A DNA stretch of 64,000 nt from an uncultured virus (IMG/VR IMGVR_UViG_3300009376_000008) (lineage: Duplodnaviria; Heunggongvirae; Uroviricota; Caudoviricetes). The notes beneath the pieces are model-generated. The model was not told the DNA's origin. It worked only from the letters and a program-made list of their open reading frames with translations, and ran no database searches. Position 1 is the first letter of the stretch. Each line of letters begins with the position of its first letter. This document shows positions 29,501-38,500 of this stretch, piece by piece. The position numbers and the translations under genes were made by a program. Location: IMG/VR virus record IMGVR_UViG_3300009376_000008; one strand, 5' to 3'.

Positions 29501-30398
29501 CAAACTTCTTCTTAAGGCCGACAGCCATCTTGGCATAGTTTTCTGTAGCTTCTTTTGCTGATTCCCCAGCCCGTTCTGCTGCTTCACCCATAATGGCCAT
29601 TGCCTTACCGCCAACAGCAAATGCCTTATTCATCATTAAGGCTTCAAATCCAGCATTTGCCCAATACTCAGAGCTTCGACGGAATATCTCTCCGCCCTCC
29701 TTGGCAATAGCGTTAAAGATCTTTAGCTGATCAGCCATGTCGCCAAACGTACTATATAGGCTCATGCCGGTTTTATTAGCAAACTCGCCGCTACTTCGGA
29801 CGTCCCCGAACATGTTGACTACATCTTTACCTGTACCTGTTGAAAGGTCGCCGAATGTATCCCGAATTTCTTCATATGCTGTACGGATCTTTTCACCGTT
29901 TTTGTACATGTCCTTGGCCATAGCGCCAAGGGCATCCCAGGTGGAGGTATACGCACTCCAGACGCTTTTAATTAAATTCGTAGATGTAGTAACAATGCCG
30001 CTGAGTAATGCTCCCACAGACTTGATCATGCCCATCATGTTTTTCCAGACAGATCCAACTACGGCAATAGCAGCACCAGCGGCCGCATACTTCTTTAATT
30101 TCTTTGTTCCATCGGAGACTGCGGCATTTTGATCTTTTGTTTTGCCAAGTAACTTCTCCATTGCAGAAGTCATGTTACCGGTTTCTTCAGTGGCCGACTC
30201 AGTATTGGCGGCGGCTTCGGTCATGTTCTGGTTATGCTCTTCGAAGCCTGGCATCATATCCAGTAATCCAGACATAGCATCAGTAAAACTATTGGCGCCC
30301 TCATTGAGCATACCCATAGTATCACTGAGTCCAGCCATGGACTCTTGCATTTGCGAAAGTATATCCGCTTGTGCTTCTAGATCTCCAGTACTTGCCAC
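23553..30398 (-). CDS. Tail tape measure protein
   Basis: 2281 aa, helical A/M/K-rich, central hydrophobic segments and internal repeats; downstream of tube and chaperone genes. Confidence 0.88.
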   Translation of the reverse strand: MASTGDLEAQADILSQMQESMAGLSDTMGMLNEGANSFTDAMSGLLDMMPGFEEHNQNMTEAAANTESATEETGNMTSAMEKLLGKTKDQNAAVSDGTKKLKKYAAAGAAIAVVGSVWKNMMGMIKSVGALLSGIVTTSTNLIKSVWSAYTSTWDALGAMAKDMYKNGEKIRTAYEEIRDTFGDLSTGTGKDVVNMFGDVRSSGEFANKTGMSLYSTFGDMADQLKIFNAIAKEGGEIFRRSSEYWANAGFEALMMNKAFAVGGKAMAIMGEAAERAGESAKEATENYAKMAVGLKKKFGVELKSLGKNFTALQEDVKSFGHLSQKELVATAGYASALGVEVKSLKGMFDSFSNFEDAASGAAKLGEAFGMNVDAMALMNAESPAEQMDMMRQSFMETGKSIDDMSRHQRAYLAETMNVDPNDLNAMFDPANADINYDDMVAAAEDAQKEMDPAEAMREAAKEIKKAFKQMTVQSNTFFGHFKEGFLSGLKHTKPYREFFAALHSALRQVFQIGRDLAKQLFGSGGVFSKDAMGFVGKWKAYLAEIVKWFKKLSGFIVGFAKDIKGGGDPSAAIQKFLDQIFASVGDFFSSDAVVEWNKMLAGFMKVAAKMFEKLATGLIHWVADKIKNIAISWSDDTGVMGAWGEAFMALWEAIKVVAVELWKILGPPLLEGMNKLWEWLKPHLFTALKWMFIIAITKALISAAAVALAGAVLKGILGGMLKAVGSAAASMGPAAPTPAAPTESLLDIAEDLGTRVIVWPLAMYNAAMITLFIVGAFLGTLAAFLLLYQVVKQLDPKMALVTAAIMIALAMAFDGMARAVQSLSKLLPPQIIMATQAGILVVALMVALGLVAMAIIKMIKMSMPMPPIATIGLFFLTMGATMLAAAIALKLAKGASKFAKPQVALGLVVLGATMIALGGVAWIIAKMFSSINPSVLKQVAPIMIALSLLMGIVMLAMPVAGLLGMMLMSFPFGTAGVAIIAAGFAVLGGLAVHMVNELMPAIEKIANIKVKDPASVKQITEALGAIMSAMSDMMVAVAMTMAASQPMDTSGQSTMEENLQAMEGVIDSIMCPIKDIIGQLVTLVSTAEIKPENLQALQAIGDIISSIAKLGQAVTPSPEMMKMIQATADWWGNKRKKKALENMKRVMRMQKNAIIGIINASSNMIVMMLIAASMIKSDSAAKALEGVAKVLAVIVDIMEKMSPSPEQIKVFKKAAKGRGGYKVMAMMGAHMDMMSKSVGPIIRALGGAAVLILNALVPVIKLIGEMKIDPKALEAVAKVIAAVMGAVTGLASGLGPAMTAMQASAKASSSGGGWNLWSGKKGTDESTKMKELMTAMGDMVGLMAEGMVKMVDSIKVLIQTMMTQARAIKDPEKAGKQMGVIVQAVNVIGEGIGPMLKAMDMIVKYKTGSWESEVNFYFGPNGLLVRMMKAMGLGLAILMIYVRIATMGMDPVIMKGRMEVVAMAMKVAGEALGAMGKAWDIVYKFGKDRSTSWSQDIDVFFHPRTGLMIKMMKSAGLGLWWLIYYMQKATKGIKKPKMLKERMGLISLAMENAGKAIDGMGKAWDMVYKYGKGRPTSWSDDIDFFFGTDGLMVKVMKGAAGGIKLLMEGVMEATKGIKRPGAMKVRLELVAKAMEVVGTMLESVGRAMEIMGKYGGGEMSSWKGSIKLLFGTESEGGLMTDIIKEAAYGMRLLMAGVLEATKGIKNPKAVLARIKVVVAGFDAMGEMSTAITNMKGAGGIKGAKADIEGLNDIFADDAIFGQLVKSIQNASTLSMGKTGKQAVAVWVAAEAMTDKGIIPMFQTLRRWSGSPGNATDVESLYNAIVGTGTGTTLQTLMTTVGSLKVGKLDPTVYVGFKVFIETFLLPLFKVIGDASGGKWFKPKTNEAIHNMALLITGTAGGMIGLDGLIRYVDERLSDAPPLDSAAKSLYMLTHLIENYLIPLFEWVVYAWQVSPPVQALEFLGKKVGMLLEGAYEGFDFDVTAKDMFGRAKDLMFIGTALWGLTEGLEEVNKIITETAKQTVRLSVTGAIVTNALDNIADIWFKMFKIAKMAPPPKAMEFMITSAIGMMGGIAALGMGAKLIPKAGLQGLIGLMVDVHALWFEMHKMISFAPPPGMVEFMVDRIEETFTEMIKGLQFKVRPEAMDASVEILGAFADRFIHVAKSLDRVRFALFRTAKFAKMNVTPEVVVQKAAEKIDELSQAFTTLEDLVVDSTMAKVAEGLQGVGELKVNHKGLAINMVVNVRIDSKQLAASLNPDDGAYFVINEGRDVAVGDAEFLG

Positions 30399-30421
30399 TA
30401 TAATACTCCTCTATACTAAAC

Positions 30422-30428
30422 TAATTAT
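30422..30428 (-). promoter_or_regulatory. Putative late promoter ATAATTA (tape measure)
   Basis: Motif 24 nt upstream of the ATG; shared with other structural genes. Confidence 0.6.
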
Positions 30429-30453
30429 TTAGGAGAAGAAAATGTCGGGAGTA

Positions 30454-30699
30454 CTAAAACAACCATTTTTTGCCTGAGACCTCAAAATACTTCTTGGCTC
30501 GGGCATTTTTTATTTGAACCTGCTCTAAAACATCATCCAAATTAGCGTTTTTGCTATGGAGTTTATCGTATAAAACTTTGGATTCTGACAAAACTTCGTA
30601 AAGCGCTTTGCCCTCGTTTTTATTGGAGCAATTTAGATGAACTGTTTTTTTCTTTCCTTGGATAAATAAAACTACATCTCTTAACTGATGATCTGTCAT
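30454..30699 (-). CDS. Hypothetical protein
   Basis: 81 aa, GGGAG SD upstream. Confidence 0.65.
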   Translation of the reverse strand: MTDHQLRDVVLFIQGKKKTVHLNCSNKNEGKALYEVLSESKVLYDKLHSKNANLDDVLEQVQIKNARAKKYFEVSGKKWLF

Positions 30700-30726
30700 T
30701 GGAATCTCCCTTTATACAATTACATA

Positions 30727-30951
30727 TTACGTAAAACGCCTTAATTTAGCAGGAACCATGTTTCGTGATCGCCCCATTAATTCCCTGGCCTCTGGAGTAT
30801 TTTGGTGTGCCGCTCGTGTGGGTGCACCTTGGCCTTTGTTGGCCTTGTTTACTCTTTCGATTTCTTCATTTAACCGCTGGATAAACCAAACTCTTTGCCA
30901 GATTGGCATATTGTAACACTCGATATACGAAAACCCCATATAATACATCAT
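30727..30951 (-). CDS. Tail assembly chaperone, frameshift extension (gpT-like)
   Basis: Frame stays open upstream to the U7 run at 31000-31006 (FFGLTPTHKEIVLEHTFLMMYYMGFSY.ECYNMPIWQRVWF); no well-spaced SD for its own ATG. Confidence 0.65.
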   Translation of the reverse strand: MMYYMGFSYIECYNMPIWQRVWFIQRLNEEIERVNKANKGQGAPTRAAHQNTPEARELMGRSRNMVPAKLRRFT

Positions 30952-30979
30952 GAGGAATGTATGCTCAAGGACAATCTCC

Positions 30980-31828
30980 TTATGCGTCGGCGTCAGGCCA
31001 AAAAAAGCTGGCGCCTAACGGCAACCGTACCTCCGACGTCTCTAGACAACTCGGACAATCCATCCAGGCTTTCATTTCGATTCCTGGTTCTGTTTTATCC
31101 ATGTGATTACGGAGCGCGCGGGAGTCTTTAGCCGGCATGTTTCTAATGAAAAAACTAATCTTTGTTTTATCTTCGATACCAGCCACGCTTACTACCTGGT
31201 GTTGATACCGTGCAGTAATTAAATTATCTGATCCAAGAGCCTTCTTCTTCTTTTGGTTTTGAAGCTTTTGCATGTATGCCTCATCAGCACCCGTCATAAA
31301 CTTATAAATTACAGTCTTCTTACAGTACGGTAATTCAAAAGCAAATAGGTTAGTATTCGGCTCTGTAGGTTGTTCTCCGAGTCGCTTAATCGGTAGCTCA
31401 GATAAATTAAATTCCTGAGAACTATTTTCTGTACACGAAGGGCACTGTACCTCGACATTATAGTCTGCACCATAGCCAGTAATACGAAGAGCAGTCATAA
31501 TAGCATTTCTATCACCAGAAATCATTTCGTCTGGATTTATAGACTTATCTACAAGACAACTCTTGATTAACTCTGTAATAACTGTGCCTTTTTTAATTAG
31601 TGCCTTACTCGTGAGAATGTCTTCCTCACGGGCAGTCATCGGCCGGATATCAATCGTCTCTTGGTTATGGAGAGGACTATCTTCACCATAACATTGACCT
31701 TGACTTGGGAGTGGAATAGCTTCCACGGGGATTTCTAATCCAAAGTCATCTTTCATAACATTCCGGGTGGGCATTCCCATTGAGGCCGGTCTACCTTCAA
31801 AGACTTTATTGGAATCTCTTTTTGACAT
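30980..31828 (-). CDS. Tail/baseplate assembly chaperone (T4 gp26/gp51-like, gpG-equivalent)
   Basis: IPLPSQG, IRPMTAREEDIL, GDRNAIM..LRITGYG, two CPSC motifs, ends SFFWP; lies between tube and tape measure. Confidence 0.75.
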   Translation of the reverse strand: MSKRDSNKVFEGRPASMGMPTRNVMKDDFGLEIPVEAIPLPSQGQCYGEDSPLHNQETIDIRPMTAREEDILTSKALIKKGTVITELIKSCLVDKSINPDEMISGDRNAIMTALRITGYGADYNVEVQCPSCTENSSQEFNLSELPIKRLGEQPTEPNTNLFAFELPYCKKTVIYKFMTGADEAYMQKLQNQKKKKALGSDNLITARYQHQVVSVAGIEDKTKISFFIRNMPAKDSRALRNHMDKTEPGIEMKAWMDCPSCLETSEVRLPLGASFFWPDADA

Positions 31829-31876
31829 AATCTGAACTCCTTAACGAAACAAATTTATTATGTGTAACACCACATT

Positions 31877-31906
31877 ATTTTAAAAAACCTTGTGCGGCTT
31901 TGTAAA
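31877..31906 (-). promoter_or_regulatory. Sigma70-like promoter for the chaperone gene
   Basis: TTTACA-N18-TAAAAT downstream of the tube terminator. Confidence 0.45.
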
Positions 31907-31911
31907 ATTAA

Positions 31912-31960
31912 ATATAAGCAAACGGGATTTGCCTGTAAAAAAATTACGCAAATCCCGCTT
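31912..31960 (-). terminator. Terminator-like hairpin after the tail tube gene
   Basis: CGGGATTTGC / GCAAATCCCG 10-bp inverted repeat followed on the minus strand by UUUGCUUAUAUUU. Confidence 0.7.
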
Positions 31961-31981
31961 GACAGAAATAATTTGAGTCGA

Positions 31982-32470
31982 TCAGTATTGAAGGACGCAG
32001 TTATCGTAACGCATACTCAGTGAAATTTCAGTTGCATCATCTGTACCATAATCCAATCCACCGAAGTCGATTGAGGTCAAAAATGCTCCCTTAATATCCC
32101 AGAATTCTACAACTGTTCCAATCGGATCAAGAAGCTTGAGCTGAATGTCTCTCTTATAGAAATCCGCATAACCAGCACGTCCAGATACAGATTCGTAGTG
32201 AGTACGAATCCATTCCATGCATTGCTGTGCGCCCGAAGGTGCGATAGGATCATAGAGGGTTACATCCAGAGTACCTAAGTCGGCCTTACCTGCAAGGTAA
32301 CGCTTTGAGTTAATGTACTCTAGGGTGTTCTCGTTAAACGAGATTGAGGGTCTTTTAGCGCTCTTACAAAGGAAGGCGTCAATTCCTTCGATCGCAAGAA
32401 CCCATCGATTCTGCCTTTTAGGTTCAAACTTATTAGGCAGTAACGATCTTACATCTAATGTTTCTGGCAT
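31982..32470 (-). CDS. Tail tube protein (T4 gp19-like)
   Basis: FEPKRQNRW, YLAGK, LYDPIAPSGAQQCMEW, GYADFYKRDI, W.IKGAF; follows the sheath genes. Confidence 0.9.
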   Translation of the reverse strand: MPETLDVRSLLPNKFEPKRQNRWVLAIEGIDAFLCKSAKRPSISFNENTLEYINSKRYLAGKADLGTLDVTLYDPIAPSGAQQCMEWIRTHYESVSGRAGYADFYKRDIQLKLLDPIGTVVEFWDIKGAFLTSIDFGGLDYGTDDATEISLSMRYDNCVLQY

Positions 32471-32495
32471 TGTTAATTCTCCTGTGTTATACCAT

Positions 32496-32502
32496 TAATT
32501 AT
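32496..32502 (-). promoter_or_regulatory. Putative late promoter ATAATTA (tail tube)
   Basis: 26 nt upstream of the ATG, with an AGGAG SD between. Confidence 0.6.
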
Positions 32503-32509
32503 GAGGTTA

Positions 32510-35500
32510 CTAGATCTCTGCCCCTGCGTTTGTTACAACGAAGTCGAGCGAGATAAACTCAACTGACCTAGTGGGCTGTAAGAAAATCTTACCGCGTACT
32601 GTGTTATTTTCTACATCTGCCTGTGTGGTGGTAGTTGTATCGATAACGACCTTGAATCGATCAAGACCTTGCTGGGCCTGGATTCTTGCTAGGATTGGTT
32701 GAACCGCCCCAGAGAACCTTGCGAGCGTTGCGGCTCGGTTTGGCTCGAAAAGAATACCATTTGCAACCTTCTTGACCTTTCTTCTAATGTCAATGAGCAG
32801 ACGTCTGACATTGACTCTGTCCAGTGCTGATTGTGCTGCGAGCAGGGTCTTTTGACCAAATACCACAACACCTGGGCTCTGGGGGAAACTTGTAATCGGG
32901 TTAATGTCGACCTCATAAAGAGAATCTAGGTTTGCCCGAGAGAACTTGACCTGTGACTCAGTTGTCGTCTTTAGTGCACCTCGGTTGAATCCTGCAGGAG
33001 CAAACCAAGGATGTGCAACCTTATCATTGTAAGCAAGTGCTCCCATAACTGCGACAGATGGAGGACATCTAACTGAAGCTCCAGTAGCAGCGTCTGTTAC
33101 AAGTACATCTGGGAAATATGCTGCAGCAAAGCTGCTATCCAACGACCGGGCTTGAAGCCTTGCCGCAGTGTTTCCAACATTAATTTCTCCAGTAGAACCA
33201 GTAATCAACGCAGAATCTGCTGTACCATCATGGTTACACTCTTCAATGTCCATGACATACATAGCATCAAATCGCTCCTCAACCTTATCGATTGCATAAT
33301 CTGTAACTCCGGGCTCTCTCAATCCTGGGAGTGCTAGAAGCTGGATATCTGTAGTCGACTTCTCGGAAATAACATCAAGTGCCTTTCTGTATGCGGCTAC
33401 TGTCGGTCCAGCCGTTCCGCCCTGAGCAGCTGAATCGGTCATTTCTCTCATTGCTGCTGCATTCAAAAGCTTAGACTTATCTCTATCAAAAATGTTTACC
33501 CCGTCAAATCCGCCTTGAAGCATTACATTAAACTTGTAATAACGCCTCGAAGCTGCTTGCTCAAAGTCTTTAGCAACATTTAGGAATCGATAACCAGCAG
33601 TTCCAGGATTGGATCCGTTACGCTTATAGGTAGCAAGAGACCACTGAGTGGGATCTACTACGTCATCATCGCTCTTGACCTTAATGTAAACTTTCTCTAG
33701 AGAGAATTTTCCAAACTGGAATACATCTGAATCGAGGATTGAAGCGTTTTGGTTTGCGGTACCTGTATTATTGCCAGTCCAAGCAGGATAGCTGTCTTCG
33801 TAACCAGGCAAATATTTTGCCCAGTTTGCCATTGTTGGATCAAGGACCGTACTCTTATTGGGTTCGTCAACACTAGTGTGCTTTTCAAATTGGACTCCCC
33901 AATAAAGATCCTGATTGGCTCTTGCTTTATTGCCAGTCCCAGCAGCAATCTTAGATCGGTATCTTACCGGCGGAGTTTGCATGTCAAGGAAACATCCGAC
34001 AAGGCTTGAACCATTTGGATTTGCAAGATGACCAACAACAGGCTCATGAGCTTTCAAGGCAGAAGAACCAGAAGTTACAAGGTGATGGAATCCTCGGAAT
34101 CCAACAGGCAGACATTCTTCGTTGACTCTTCCGTTTTTAACATCGGGAGGTAGTTCAACACGAACATACTGAGAGTTGTTTGCATAGGAGCCTTCAACAA
34201 TAAGCTTTTGATTAGCTGAATTCTTATCAAAATCAAAGTATGTATTTTGATCTCCAACAATTCTAGCTACGAATCTTTCAGAGTTAGGATCTAAATCAAC
34301 CCCAATAAATTTCTCTAAAACGATAGGATCGGAATCGGTATCGGTAAAAGCCCTTACCAGAACATCGAATTTACCATACTTGTAATTTACATCTCTGCTC
34401 TTTTCAATGTTAGCAATAGAGACCTTATATTTCCCATTACCTGCAGTTCCTGCGTCTAAAGCATGGAATTTCATTAAGTTGATCTCTGTGTTTCCTAGAT
34501 TCTGTGAAATAATCCATGGCGAGAACGCGTGCTGGAATCTATTTTCGAAACTCTCGTAGTTTGGAGTATAAGTGGAGCTATGGAATGATGCTCGGTCATA
34601 GGAGCCGGAGTTAACAATAACTCTGGTTCTGTGTCCGCGTTGATTCTGAAGTGGCACACAAACCGCCAAAGAAGGATCAACATCATAATGAGCATACAGA
34701 AGATGACCACGCTCTTCGAGCATGGCAGGATCAGTATTGAATACATTGGGGAAATACTGTCCTTTCCCGGGATCCATAGATGCTGTAAGTACTTTTGCGT
34801 ACGTACCAGTGTATCCGTTTAGGTACATGGTAAACATTTCGCCACCATTGGCGCTAAGGTCCATAGAACCATACCGGCCGCCAGCATCTTTTGTTGCTGC
34901 ATATTCACCGATAGCGTATGCTGAAGAAGTTGTCGGGTTAGAGTGTCCAGACCCAGAAAGGCCAGGCAAAACACCAGACGGGAACATCAGAACACCACGG
35001 ACAATAGATGCCGACATCGGTGTATTAATATTTGCGTCTTGGAAATATGTAGACCCAAGGGATTCTGACATAATCGATGCTAAGAAGAAAGTTCTTCCAG
35101 GCGCACCACCACCGCCGTTTCCAGCGACATTTCCGTATCCGGCGTAAATGTTGTGACCAACTGTTCCACCATTCTGAGATTGTCTAGCGCCAACTGTAAA
35201 TCCAGCATTAGTTACTACACTATTGGAGCCCTTCTTTTTTCCATCGCCGACCCCTAGTACCCTCATAAAGCATCCTGACTTAGCATTCCGCATCCATTCG
35301 GCTACAGCAATAGGTGCGAACTTTTCGCCATCACTACCACCAAATTGTGCGCGGTAATCGGCCATAGTTGCAAATACAACTGGAACAAAGGCTGGCCCTT
35401 TTTCTGACGTTCCAATTATCGCAGCCGGGGTGCCTTTCGGCCTAGTTTGTCCGGGTTGTGATAGATCAATTTCGCGGGCGGAAACCCCGGGGCTTTTCAT

Positions 35501-35515
35501 TACTTTTTCTGCCAT
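32510..35515 (-). CDS. Tail sheath protein 2
   Basis: SPGVSAREIDLS, KGPAFVP, PWFAPAGFNRG, INPI, GQKTL...SALDRVNVRRLL, FEPN, LQPTRSVEFI. Confidence 0.93.
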   Translation of the reverse strand: MAEKVMKSPGVSAREIDLSQPGQTRPKGTPAAIIGTSEKGPAFVPVVFATMADYRAQFGGSDGEKFAPIAVAEWMRNAKSGCFMRVLGVGDGKKKGSNSVVTNAGFTVGARQSQNGGTVGHNIYAGYGNVAGNGGGGAPGRTFFLASIMSESLGSTYFQDANINTPMSASIVRGVLMFPSGVLPGLSGSGHSNPTTSSAYAIGEYAATKDAGGRYGSMDLSANGGEMFTMYLNGYTGTYAKVLTASMDPGKGQYFPNVFNTDPAMLEERGHLLYAHYDVDPSLAVCVPLQNQRGHRTRVIVNSGSYDRASFHSSTYTPNYESFENRFQHAFSPWIISQNLGNTEINLMKFHALDAGTAGNGKYKVSIANIEKSRDVNYKYGKFDVLVRAFTDTDSDPIVLEKFIGVDLDPNSERFVARIVGDQNTYFDFDKNSANQKLIVEGSYANNSQYVRVELPPDVKNGRVNEECLPVGFRGFHHLVTSGSSALKAHEPVVGHLANPNGSSLVGCFLDMQTPPVRYRSKIAAGTGNKARANQDLYWGVQFEKHTSVDEPNKSTVLDPTMANWAKYLPGYEDSYPAWTGNNTGTANQNASILDSDVFQFGKFSLEKVYIKVKSDDDVVDPTQWSLATYKRNGSNPGTAGYRFLNVAKDFEQAASRRYYKFNVMLQGGFDGVNIFDRDKSKLLNAAAMREMTDSAAQGGTAGPTVAAYRKALDVISEKSTTDIQLLALPGLREPGVTDYAIDKVEERFDAMYVMDIEECNHDGTADSALITGSTGEINVGNTAARLQARSLDSSFAAAYFPDVLVTDAATGASVRCPPSVAVMGALAYNDKVAHPWFAPAGFNRGALKTTTESQVKFSRANLDSLYEVDINPITSFPQSPGVVVFGQKTLLAAQSALDRVNVRRLLIDIRRKVKKVANGILFEPNRAATLARFSGAVQPILARIQAQQGLDRFKVVIDTTTTTQADVENNTVRGKIFLQPTRSVEFISLDFVVTNAGAEI

Positions 35516-35539
35516 TGTTTTAAACTCCTAATCTTTCAA

Positions 35540-35546
35540 TAAGTAT
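35540..35546 (-). promoter_or_regulatory. Putative late promoter ATACTTA (sheath 2)
   Basis: 25 nt upstream of the ATG. Confidence 0.6.
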
Positions 35547-38500
35547 TACTCGAAGGAAACTCCAGAGTTCGTAATGATAAAATCAATCGCAATAAATTCG
35601 ATTGCTCTCGTCGGTACAACGACGATCTTACCATTTAAACGATTCTCTTCGACATCCCTCGGGGAATTGTTTGTATCATCCATTACGACTCTGAAACTTT
35701 CGATACCAGCTTGTGACTGGATTAACGCCAATCTTGGAGACACCAGGTTAATAAATCTTGATCTGGTGGCTGCATTATTCATCTCGAACAACATCTTGTC
35801 AGCGATTCCCATAACCTGACGCTTGAGCTCAAGAAGCAGTCGACGAACATTAACTCGATCCAACGCAGATTGCGCCATCTGGAGACTCTTCTGTCCGAAG
35901 ATAACAAAGCCGCCATCAGGGAATGTTGCGATTGGATTAATTCTTGCATCGTATAGCTCGTCACGATCTGCCGATGTGAGTCTAGACTTCACATTGTTTA
36001 CGAATCCTAGAGCGCCTCGGTTGAAGCCCGCAGGGGCAAACCATGGATAAGAGACGTTATCATTAAACGCCAATGCACCAACTGCCGCTACAGATGCAGG
36101 CACGAATACCCGCCTTCCGCCGTTAACTGGATCTGTAATAGATACATCTGGGAAATATGTGGCTGCATAGTTGTTATCAACCTGCCTTCTAGTAAATTCT
36201 TCTGCTGTCTTCTGAGCACTCGGCGCTGTTGTACTTGTGATCCACAATCTATTACCGTCTTCATCATAAGCAGGAATATCCATTAAGTATATCGACATTC
36301 CGTAATCTTTGTTCTCAGCCGCAGCAAAATCTGTTACGTATGGATCTCTAATACCCGGAATAGCAAGAATATTACTTCTTACGGTCATTGGATCTGTCAT
36401 GATCTCTACAGCTTTACGATACGATGCAACGACATTGTTATCTTTACCGGCTCCAGACATGGTCCCATCATTAGTTCCGGTTAAACCTAGACCACCACTA
36501 AACTCATCACCCGCCTTGCCTCCATAGGCATTCTCGGTTGAAGCAGCTTTGTCATTCATGTAGTAGTTGTCTTCATCAAGGATGTTTAAGCCATCGAAAC
36601 CTCCGAAGAAGATGTTCGTAAACTTAGTGTAAGCCGTGAATCGGTTGAAGAGTAATGAACTTGAGTTTACCAGAGTAGCGAAAGAAATTCTGTCCGCCTT
36701 AAGGATAGGATCACGAATCGTACCAGTCCTAGAATCCGGAGTCGCATTACGAATGTAACAGGCCTCCTTCATGTGCTCACCAGCAGAACCTGTTAGTCTT
36801 CCACTTGTATCAATCTCCCCAGTTGCAGTTAGTTCCTGTCGGATACAAACCCTAGCAAGCGTGAACTTATGATTGTGGAAGTTATCGGCTGCCGTAGCAT
36901 CAAACTGTGTCATAGTATCGCATTTTGGGATACCTTGAAGCTTAGTATAGGTTCTAACCAACTGGTTAGTTCCCCCACCGATGTTTGAGTTATAAACATT
37001 AGAACTTCCAGACTTAATTCTATCGAACTTAACGCCCCAATAAAATCTTGCATCTGATCGTTCCTTAACGCCAGGTTCTCCGATAAATTCAGGTGTTGCG
37101 GTTTCGTTAACAGAACCCTTGGTTACCTTGAATCGGAATGGTAGAGGCGGAACAATAGAACCACTAAGGTTTCCAGCGTTGCCATTACCATAAAGTCGAA
37201 CAGTTCCTAAGGATTGAATAGAGTTTGCCCCGTAAGAATTCGGGTCTTTATTGTTAACCCCGGTCTTAAGAGCAGGAATCCCGCGGAAGCCGAAAGGCAT
37301 TGCAGCCGCCGGGACTTCTTTTCGATCTACGAGAACATTCATTCTCACGCGGACCCATTGACTACGATTTGGATATTTTCCAGAAATCACCAACCTTCTT
37401 TCGTCCTCATCGATGGAATCAAAGTCATACTTGACTCTCATATCGCCAATCTGGCGAGCGATGAATCGATCTGAAGCTGGGTCTAGGGTACATCCAGGAT
37501 ATCTTTCAAGCATCTGGGGACCAAAATCTTCATCATCGAACTTTCTAATCTGAACTTCGAAAGTTGGGTAATCATAGTTTGGATCATTACTAGCCTTGAG
37601 GTCTGCAATAGAAACCTTAATTCTTTCGTTAGCCCAAGCTCCATCTGAGAGGGCTTCGAAGTGGAAAAGAGGATATTCTTCACTACCGAAAGGCTGGCTA
37701 ATGAATTCTGTTGTCCTAGGTGCACGATAACGAGTATCGAATCGACCATAGACATAATCAAATGTATTATTCGATCCAAGACCAGAGTCAGGAGCGCCTG
37801 CGCTTCCACTAAGGATAGCAACTGAGGCTGAACCATCGACAATGGATGCCAACTCTTCTTCCACTGAGTAATCTGCCCACAGAAGGTGCTTTTCTCTCTG
37901 GAAAGCATTCGGGTCAGTATTTAGTACCTTGGAAATGTAGTAAGGGTCATTTGGATCTAAAGACGCAGTATAAACTCGCCAGCCGTCTTTTCCGTCATCT
38001 GTGCCAAACAGAGCGTCGCCTGTATCGCCGCTTGCATCGTTTTCAATGTCTGCTGCAAACACACCAATCTTGAACCTCTTACCTTCGCCTGCAGGCGTCG
38101 CAAGGTCATCGCTAATGTTATCTGGTAGAGTACCCGCAGTTTCAGATGTGTTCATAACAACAACTTGAGAACCAGTTGTCGTAAACAACATTGCGCGGAC
38201 GAGGGAGACTGTGTCTGCCAACGCAGTTGTAGAATCTGTACCACCACTGAACGATGTGAGCGTAACACTACCGACCGAGCCTGTAATAGTTTGGTTACCG
38301 ACTGTACCGACAACAGTTTGGTTTAGCGTTATCGTTCCACCAGAAATGGTTGTTGTAATCGTACCATTGTGACCAGTAAAGCCCTCGATGGCCTGCTGTA
38401 AGTTAGCCGCTGTTGTATTCGCGTCTGTAGCAGACTCAAACTCAGGAGGGCTGGCAGTGAAATCATTTGCTGCAGCAGCCGTATACGCGACGGTAGTTCC

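Noticed and set aside
24262..30432. Many plus-strand ORFs opposite the tape measure gene
   Set aside because: Antisense shadows of Met/Ala-rich codon usage; no SDs or recognisable motifs
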